A stretch of DNA of 32,000 nt from Schaalia odontolytica. GTDB lineage: Bacteria > Actinomycetota > Actinomycetes > Actinomycetales > Actinomycetaceae. The first letter of the stretch is position 1; each line of letters begins with the position of its first letter. This document shows positions 25,993-32,000 of the stretch, in pieces. A program made the translations under genes and the position numbers. The notes under the pieces are model-generated. The model was given only the letters and a program-made list of their open reading frames with translations, was not told where the DNA came from and did no database searches. The stretch is taken from the NCBI RefSeq assembly GCF_005696695.1, contig NZ_CP040006.1:960001-992000 (forward strand). Reading direction: 5' to 3'.

Positions 25993-28923
25993 ATGAGCGA
26001 AAATCCGCAGAGTGCCCCGGCCCAGCGCTACACCGCTGAGCTCGCAGGTCAGATCGAGACGAAGTGGCAGGACCGCTGGGAGGAGCTGGGCACGTTCTAC
26101 GCGGACAACCCCACGGGCGACCTGGCTGGCCCGCTGGCCTCCCACAACCCCTTCTTCATCCTCGACATGTTCCCCTACCCCTCGGGTAAGGGCCTGCACG
26201 TGGGTCATCCGCTGGGCTACATCGCGACCGACACGCTGGCGCGCTACCGCCGCATGAAGGGCGACAACGTCCTGTACACGATGGGCTACGATGCCTTCGG
26301 TCTGCCCGCCGAGCAGTACGCCGTTCAGACCGGCCAGCACCCGGCCATCACCACGAACCAGAACATCGCGAACATGCGCCGCCAGCTGCGCCGCATGGGC
26401 CTGTCTCACGACTCGCGCCGTTCCTTCGCGACCACCGATATCGAGTACGTGCACTGGACGCAGTGGATCTTCCTGCAGGTCTTCAACTCCTGGTTCGATC
26501 CCGAGGCCACGGCTCCCGATGGCTCCCAGGGCGCGGCCCGTCCGATCACCGAGCTGATCGCAAAGCTCGAGTCCGGCGAGATTCGCCCCGAGGACGGCTC
26601 CGATTACAACTCCCTGGACCGCGTCGCCCAGGCGAAGGTCGTCGACTCCTACCGCCTCGCCTACGTCTCCGAGGCCCCCGTCAACTGGTGCCCTGGCCTG
26701 GGAACGGTCCTGGCCAACGAAGAGGTCACCGCCGACGGCCGCTCCGAGCGCGGCAACTACCCGGTCTTCAAGCGCAACCTGCGCCAGTGGATGATGCGTA
26801 TCACCGCATACGGTAAGCGCCTGTCCGACGACCTCGACACAATCAACTGGCCCGAAAAGGTGCGCACCATGCAGCGCAACTGGATCGGCCGCTCCGAGGG
26901 CGCGACCGTCCGCTTCGACGTGCCCGGCGCGCGCGAGGCTGGCGCTTCCCTCGACTCCCTGGACGTCTACACGACGCGCCCCGACACGCTGTTCGGCGCG
27001 ACCTTCATGGTCGTGGCTCCCGAGCACCCGATTCTCGGTGGAACCGTCGGTGGCGACGCCGGCGACGAGGCCGCCCTCACGCTGCCCGCCTCCTGGCCCG
27101 AGGGCACGAAGGACGCGTGGACGGGAGGCGCCGCCTCCCCGAAGGAGGCCGTGAGCGCCTACCGCGCCCAGGCCGCCGCGAAGTCCGAGGCCGAGCGCGC
27201 CGACGAGGAACGCAGCAAGACCGGCGTGTTCACCGGCCTGTTCGGCATCGATCCGGTCAACGGCCGCCCCGTTCCGATCTTCGTTGCCGACTACGTCCTG
27301 TGGGGCTACGGCACCGGCGCCATTATGGCCGTGCCTGCCCACGACGACCGCGACTGGGCGTTCGCCCGCGTCTACGACCTCGACATCGTGCGCACGATCG
27401 GCCCGGCCGACGACCCCTACGGCCCCGACCTCGAGGCCGGCGCGTACACGGGCGACGGCGTGGCCGTTGACTCCGCGAACGACGAGATCGACCTCAACGG
27501 CCTGGCCAAGGACGAGGCCAAGGCCGCCATGATCGAGTGGCTGGTCGCCAAGGGCCTGGGCCACGGCACCGTCACCTACCGCCTGCGCGACTGGCTGTTC
27601 AGCCGCCAGCGCTACTGGGGCGAGCCCTTCCCGATCGTGTGGGACGAGGACGGCGTCGCGCACGCCCTGCCCGAGGACATGCTCCCCGTCGAGCTGCCCG
27701 AGGTCAGCGACTACAGCCCGCGAACCTTCGACGCGGACGATGCCGAATCCTCGCCCGAGGCCCCGCTGGGCCGCGCCGAGGACTGGGTGAACGTCACCCT
27801 CGACCTGGGCGATGGCCCCAAGACCTACCGCCGTGAGACCAACACGATGCCCCAGTGGGCGGGTTCGTGCTGGTACGAGATGCGCTACACCGACCCGACG
27901 AACTCGAAGCGTTTCTCCGGAGAGGAGAACCTGGCCTACTGGATGGGTCCGCGCGAGGGCAAGGTTAGCGGCGGCACCGACATGTACGTCGGCGGCGTCG
28001 AGCACGCGGTCCTGCACCTGCTCTACGCCCGCTTCTGGCAGAAGGTCCTCTTCGACCTGGGGCACGTGCCGGGCTCCGAGCCCTTCCACACGCTTTTCAA
28101 CCAGGGCTACGTCCAGGCCTATGCCTACACCGACGCACGCGGCCAGTACGTGCCCGCCGACGAGGTCGAGGGCGACGAGACGACCGGCTTCACCTACAAG
28201 GGCGAGCCCGTTAACCGCGAGTACGGCAAGATGGGCAAGTCCCTGAAGAACATCGTCACGCCCGACGAGATGTACGACGCCTACGGCGCCGACGTCTTCC
28301 GCGTGTACGAGATGAGCATGGGCCCCCTCGACCTGTCGCGCCCGTGGGAGACCCGCGCCGTCGTCGGCTCCCAGCGCTTCCTGCAGCGCCTGTGGCGTAA
28401 CGCGGTCGACGAGGAGACCGGCGAGCTCACGGTCACCGACGAGCCCGCGGACGACAAGACGCGTCGCCTCGTGGCCCGCACGATCGCCGAGGTCACCGAA
28501 GAGTACGAGAACCTGCGCATCAACACCGCGATCTCCAAGCTCATTGTCCTCAACAACCACCTGACCAGCCTGGACGCCGTCCCGCGCGACGCCATCGAAC
28601 CGCTGATCCTCATGCTCGCTCCGGTCGCCCCGCACCTGTGTGAGGAGCTGTGGAGCCGCCTGGGCCACGAGGCCTCCCTGGCCCGCGAGCCCTTCCCGGT
28701 CGTCGAGGATTCCTCGCTGCTGGAGGAAGACACGGTCACGGCCGTTGTCCAGGTCAACGGCAAGGTCAAGGCCCGCATCGAGGTCGCTCCCTCCATCTCT
28801 GAGGAAGACCTTGTCGCGGCTGCCCTGGCCGAGGCACCGATCGTCAAGGCCCTCGGCGGGGCAGATCCCCTCAAGGTGATCGCCCGTGCGCCGAAGCTGG
28901 TCAACGTCGTCGTCAAGAAGTGA
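25993..28923 (+). CDS. leuS: leucine--tRNA ligase
   Basis: 976 aa. HIGH region [21 protein letters not shown] variant [11 protein letters not shown]1 editing-domain and C-terminal LeuRS regions are present throughout. Confidence 0.96.
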   Translation: MSENPQSAPAQRYTAELAGQIETKWQDRWEELGTFYADNPTGDLAGPLASHNPFFILDMFPYPSGKGLHVGHPLGYIATDTLARYRRMKGDNVLYTMGYDAFGLPAEQYAVQTGQHPAITTNQNIANMRRQLRRMGLSHDSRRSFATTDIEYVHWTQWIFLQVFNSWFDPEATAPDGSQGAARPITELIAKLESGEIRPEDGSDYNSLDRVAQAKVVDSYRLAYVSEAPVNWCPGLGTVLANEEVTADGRSERGNYPVFKRNLRQWMMRITAYGKRLSDDLDTINWPEKVRTMQRNWIGRSEGATVRFDVPGAREAGASLDSLDVYTTRPDTLFGATFMVVAPEHPILGGTVGGDAGDEAALTLPASWPEGTKDAWTGGAASPKEAVSAYRAQAAAKSEAERADEERSKTGVFTGLFGIDPVNGRPVPIFVADYVLWGYGTGAIMAVPAHDDRDWAFARVYDLDIVRTIGPADDPYGPDLEAGAYTGDGVAVDSANDEIDLNGLAKDEAKAAMIEWLVAKGLGHGTVTYRLRDWLFSRQRYWGEPFPIVWDEDGVAHALPEDMLPVELPEVSDYSPRTFDADDAESSPEAPLGRAEDWVNVTLDLGDGPKTYRRETNTMPQWAGSCWYEMRYTDPTNSKRFSGEENLAYWMGPREGKVSGGTDMYVGGVEHAVLHLLYARFWQKVLFDLGHVPGSEPFHTLFNQGYVQAYAYTDARGQYVPADEVEGDETTGFTYKGEPVNREYGKMGKSLKNIVTPDEMYDAYGADVFRVYEMSMGPLDLSRPWETRAVVGSQRFLQRLWRNAVDEETGELTVTDEPADDKTRRLVARTIAEVTEEYENLRINTAISKLIVLNNHLTSLDAVPRDAIEPLILMLAPVAPHLCEELWSRLGHEASLAREPFPVVEDSSLLEEDTVTAVVQVNGKVKARIEVAPSISEEDLVAAALAEAPIVKALGGADPLKVIARAPKLVNVVVKK

Positions 28924-28929
28924 GGTCGC

Positions 28930-29967
28930 ATGCCTGAAGGCGATGCAGTCCGTCGCCTAGCCGGTACCCTCGACGAGCTTTTCGTCGGGGGTATCGTCTC
29001 GGCGTCGTCCCCGCAGGGGCGCTTCGCGTCCTCCGCAGCCCTCCTGGACGGGTGGGTCATGCAGCGGGTGCGCGTGCACGGCAAACACATGTTCATTGGC
29101 TTTGTCCCGCCCATCGAAGGTGAGACGTACGAGGCCGGGGTGGCCCTCCTGGAGGGTGCCGCGGCCGGCAGTGGGGAGCCGATCCTGCCCGAGGATGCTC
29201 CCTGGCCGGACCGGTGGGTGCATATCCACCTGGGTCTGTACGGCTGGTGGCGCTTCAACGGCGACGAGACCGTCGTCGACGAGGGGCACGGCGTCGCTCA
29301 CCGCATCCCCAACGTCCCGAAGGGAGAGTGGAACGGCCACTCCGAGACCCGCTGGGGCGAGGGCTTTGGCGAGGCCAAGGCGGGGGAGTGGGAGCCGCCG
29401 GAGCCGGTCGGTGCCGTGCGCCTGCGTCTGTTCAACGACCATGCCGTCGCCGACCTTGTGGGCCCCAACCGCTGTGACCTCATCACGGACGAGGAGCGCA
29501 TCAAGGCCGAGTCGAAGCTGGGGCCGGATCCCCTAGACGCGGGGGCCCGCTCCGATGTCGAGGCCATGGAGCGTTTTGCCCAGGTCGCCCACTCTAAGAA
29601 GCGCGCGATTGGCGAGATCGTCATGGATCAGTCGATTATCGCGGGCGTGGGCAACATCTACCGTGCCGACGCCCTGTTCCTCGCGGGCATCTCGCCCCAC
29701 CGTAAGGGCGCCAATATCTCCATCAAGCGCCTGCGCGAGCTGTGGGTCCTGATCTGCGACCTCATGAACCGCGGCCTGGCCGCAGGTCGCCTGGACACGA
29801 TGGATCCGGAGGAGGCCCCCAATCCGCCGATTGAGGGTGACGAGGAGGCCTCGCGCTGGTACGTGTACCACCGCACGGACCGCCCGTGCCTGCGCTGTGG
29901 GACGCCGATCCGCGAGGCGCTCATGCAGAACCGACGCCTGTTCTGGTGTCCGTCCTGCCAGCGCTGA
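28930..29967 (+). CDS. nei: Fpg/Nei-family DNA glycosylase/AP lyase (endonuclease VIII-like) with extra insertions
   Basis: N-terminal MPEGD (catalytic Pro2/Glu3). H2TH region MDQSIIAGVGNIYRADALFLAGISP. C-terminal zinc finger CLRCGTPI...FWCPSCQ. At 345 aa it is longer than the usual ~255-290 aa. Confidence 0.8.
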   Translation: MPEGDAVRRLAGTLDELFVGGIVSASSPQGRFASSAALLDGWVMQRVRVHGKHMFIGFVPPIEGETYEAGVALLEGAAAGSGEPILPEDAPWPDRWVHIHLGLYGWWRFNGDETVVDEGHGVAHRIPNVPKGEWNGHSETRWGEGFGEAKAGEWEPPEPVGAVRLRLFNDHAVADLVGPNRCDLITDEERIKAESKLGPDPLDAGARSDVEAMERFAQVAHSKKRAIGEIVMDQSIIAGVGNIYRADALFLAGISPHRKGANISIKRLRELWVLICDLMNRGLAAGRLDTMDPEEAPNPPIEGDEEASRWYVYHRTDRPCLRCGTPIREALMQNRRLFWCPSCQR

Positions 29968-29987
29968 GCGCGCGAAGAACCGTCAGG

Positions 29988-30015
29988 GGAGTGCGGGCCG
30001 CAAGGCTCGCACTCC
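29988..30015. terminator. hairpin between convergent nei and GNAT genes
   Basis: 8-bp stem ggagtgcg / cgcactcc with a 12-nt loop. There is no clear U-tract on either strand. Confidence 0.35.
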
Positions 30016-30025
30016 TCGCCCGTTG

Positions 30026-30517
30026 TCAGGCGATCTCTTCGAATCCGAGAACCGAGTAGAGTTCGCGGGCCCCGCCGTGGCGCGTATCCAGGCGCAGGGC
30101 GAGGGTGTCGAATCCCCACTGCGAGCAGCGCGTCGCGACCTCGGAGACGAGGGCGGTCGCGATGCCGCGCCTGCGGTAGTCGGGGGCGACGATCAGGTCC
30201 ACCACGAAGGGGCCGTCCGGCGCATCATCCCAGGGGGATTCGCGGACGACGAGGATCGCTCCGACGAGCGTTCCCCCGTCCCAGGCGCCGATGAACGAGT
30301 CTTCCGTGGTCGCCCCGAAAGCGCCCTCAAACGTCAGGCGTAGTTCTTCGGAGGTTTCCAAGAGCGCCTCGGGCGTGACGTCGTCGTCGTACGCCTCGAG
30401 GGTGAGCACCGCGAGCGCGGGGATGTCGAATGTTGTGAGCGTGGCGATCTCAATACCCTGAGGCCGATTCGCCGCTGACAACGCGTCCAGGGGGGCATGT
30501 AGAGTTCGAGCTTCCAT
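30026..30517 (-). CDS. GNAT-family N-acetyltransferase
   Basis: The 163-aa product starts at MEARTLHAP. The acetyl-CoA-binding motif is VAPDYRRRGIATALVSEV. The longer track ORF (to 30769) would overlap cysE and was trimmed to the ATG at 30517. Confidence 0.75.
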   Translation of the reverse strand: MEARTLHAPLDALSAANRPQGIEIATLTTFDIPALAVLTLEAYDDDVTPEALLETSEELRLTFEGAFGATTEDSFIGAWDGGTLVGAILVVRESPWDDAPDGPFVVDLIVAPDYRRRGIATALVSEVATRCSQWGFDTLALRLDTRHGGARELYSVLGFEEIA

Positions 30518-30602
30518 AAACCAACTATAGGTGAGGATGCTCACTTTGTCATGGGTCTTGAACGGATTCTCACAGACCGCATCTGACGAGGGCGAATGCC
30601 CC

Positions 30603-31247
30603 TCAGATGTAGAGGGCCGGCTCCTCGAAGAAGTAGTTGGGATCGACGATGAGATCGCGGTCGCGCGTATCCTTTTCCGGCTTGGGCAGCAGACGCGCGG
30701 GCACGCCGATTGCGACGTTGCCACAGGGCACGTCCTTGACGACGACGGCGTTCGCGCCGATCTTGACACCCGTGCCCACGGTGATGGGTCCCAGTACCTT
30801 TGCGCCCGCCCCGATCATGACGTGGTCACCGACGGTGGGGTGGCGCTTGCCCGGCGTCATGGCGACGCCGCCGAGGGTGACGCCGTGGAAGATGACGACA
30901 TCGTTGCCGACCTCGGCGGTCTGGCCGATGACGACGCCCGTCGCATGATCGATGAAGACGCGGCGCCCGATGGTGGCCTCGGGATGAATGTCCACGCCGG
31001 TGACGGCTCGGGCCATGGAGGACAGGACGCGCGCGGGGGTGCGGGCACCGTGAGCCCACAGAGCGTGGGAGACGCGGTGAGTCCACAGGGCGTGCACGCC
31101 CGGGTAGGTCAGTGCGATCTCCAGGGCGGAGGTGGCCGCGGGGTCGCGGCGCTGCGCCGTCACGAGGTCCTCTCGGAAGAGCCCGAGCGCCCGGGTGGGC
31201 AGGGCGCGCGAGAGGGTCTTCGACAGGGCGCGTACTGTGAGCTTCAC
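30603..31247 (-). CDS. cysE: serine O-acetyltransferase
   Basis: Left-handed beta-helix hexapeptide repeats (DIHPEATIGRRVFIDHATGVVIGQTAEVGNDVVIFHGVTLGG...RHPTVGDHVMIGAGAKVLG) and an N-terminal SATase helix region (DPAATSALEIALTYPGVHALWTHRVSHAL). The GTG at 31247 has AGGAGG 5 nt upstream. Confidence 0.88.
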   Translation of the reverse strand: MKLTVRALSKTLSRALPTRALGLFREDLVTAQRRDPAATSALEIALTYPGVHALWTHRVSHALWAHGARTPARVLSSMARAVTGVDIHPEATIGRRVFIDHATGVVIGQTAEVGNDVVIFHGVTLGGVAMTPGKRHPTVGDHVMIGAGAKVLGPITVGTGVKIGANAVVVKDVPCGNVAIGVPARLLPKPEKDTRDRDLIVDPNYFFEEPALYI

Positions 31248-31285
31248 GAGTTCCTCCTGGATGGTCGACTGAGACGGAAACGGAC

Positions 31286-31318
31286 AGGTGGCCCCGGACA
31301 TTCCATCCGGGGCCACCT
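31286..31318 (-). terminator. stable hairpin in the cysK-cysE intercistronic region (possible partial terminator or processing site)
   Basis: Perfect 13-bp stem aggtggccccgga / tccggggccacct with a 7-nt loop. On the minus strand it is followed by gtccgtttccgtctc. Confidence 0.45.
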
Positions 31319-31339
31319 TAGCGCGTCAAGCTGGAAAGA

Positions 31340-32000
31340 TCAGTCCTCGAGGCCCGCGAACAGGGCAGTCGAGAGGTAACGCTCACCCGTGTCGGGCAGG
31401 AGCGTGACGATCTTCTTGCCGGCCAGCTCGGGACGAGCGGCGACGGCGGCTGTGCCCGCCAGGGCAGCGCCCGAGGAGATGCCCACGAGCAGACCCTCTT
31501 CGGCGGCAGCGCGGCGAGCGAACTCGAGGGCCTGTGCGGTCTCGACAGAGATGACCTCGTCCACGATGTCCGCGTCGAAGGTGTCGGGCACGAAGTTGGG
31601 CATGAGGCCCTGGATGCCGTGCGGGCCGGGGGTACCGCCGGTCAGCAGGGGAGACTCGGCGGGCTGAACGGCGATGATGCGCACGTTCGGGTTCTTCTCC
31701 TTGAGGACCTTCGCGACGCCCGAGATGGTGCCACCCGTGCCAACGCCGGCGACGAAGACGTCAACCTGGCCGTCGGTGTCGGCCCAGATCTCCTCGCCGG
31801 TGTGCGCCACGTGGGCGGCCGGGTTGGCGGGGTTGGTGAACTGGGAGGCGATGATGGCGCCGGGACGCTCGGAAGCGATGCGCTCGGCCTCGGCAACGGC
31901 CGCGGAGACGCCGCCCTTCGGGTCGGTGAGGACCAGCTCGGCGCCGAATGCGCGCACGATCGCTCGGCGCTCGACGGACATCGAGGCGGGCATGACGATG
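31340..32000 (-). CDS. cysK: cysteine synthase A (O-acetylserine sulfhydrylase), C-terminal ~220 aa; the 5' end lies outside the window
   Basis: PLP-phosphate loop GVGTGGTISG, QFTNPANP, IAVQPAESPLL and GISSGAA motifs. The frame stays open to the window edge. Confidence 0.92.
   Translation of the reverse strand, partial: IVMPASMSVERRAIVRAFGAELVLTDPKGGVSAAVAEAERIASERPGAIIASQFTNPANPAAHVAHTGEEIWADTDGQVDVFVAGVGTGGTISGVAKVLKEKNPNVRIIAVQPAESPLLTGGTPGPHGIQGLMPNFVPDTFDADIVDEVISVETAQALEFARRAAAEEGLLVGISSGAALAGTAAVAARPELAGKKIVTLLPDTGERYLSTALFAGLED

Noticed and set aside
25879-28668. 929-aa ORF on the minus strand opposite leuS.
   Set aside because: It is an antisense shadow of leuS, with a composition typical of non-coding frames in GC-rich genes.
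30518-30769. 5' extension of the GNAT ORF overlapping the 3' end of cysE.
   Set aside because: The extension has Ser/Arg/Pro-rich junk composition and would overlap cysE by more than 160 nt. The GNAT fold is complete from the ATG at 30517.

Overview
This is a high-GC actinobacterial chromosome segment. Gene content, an LAxTG sorting signal and mycobacterial-type synteny suggest an Actinomycetaceae-like organism, but the taxon is inference only. Most of the window is core housekeeping:
- the 3' end of nagA;
- a translationally coupled membrane-protein/lipoprotein pair;
- a cysteine-less thioredoxin-TPR protein;
- the GlgE alpha-glucan pathway genes glgB and glgE;
- a small membrane protein, trpS and glgX;
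- etfB-etfA-cysteine desulfurase-mnmA;
- tRNA-Leu(TAG) and bcp;
- an orphan single-pass membrane protein followed by a two-gene ABC exporter;
- a DtxR-family regulator and a HIT protein;
- leuS and an insertion-bearing Fpg/Nei glycosylase;
- a GNAT, cysE and the 3' part of cysK.
The only clearly accessory stretch runs from about 21.7 to 24.5 kb. It is a visibly lower-GC islet with a 620-aa LAKTG-anchored surface protein of unknown fold. Next to that gene lies a ~700-bp non-coding tract, which holds a phased ~20-bp degenerate repeat array, an 18-bp perfect inverted repeat and an 18-bp direct repeat. The islet abuts the 3' ends of two identical tandem tRNA-Lys(CTT) genes. I saw no CRISPR array, transposase, integrase, rRNA or recognisable defence genes. 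I cannot point to a convincing complete novel system; the islet and its repeat architecture are the best candidates for follow-up. Many long ORFs in the supplied track are antisense or out-of-frame shadows typical of high-GC DNA and were not called.
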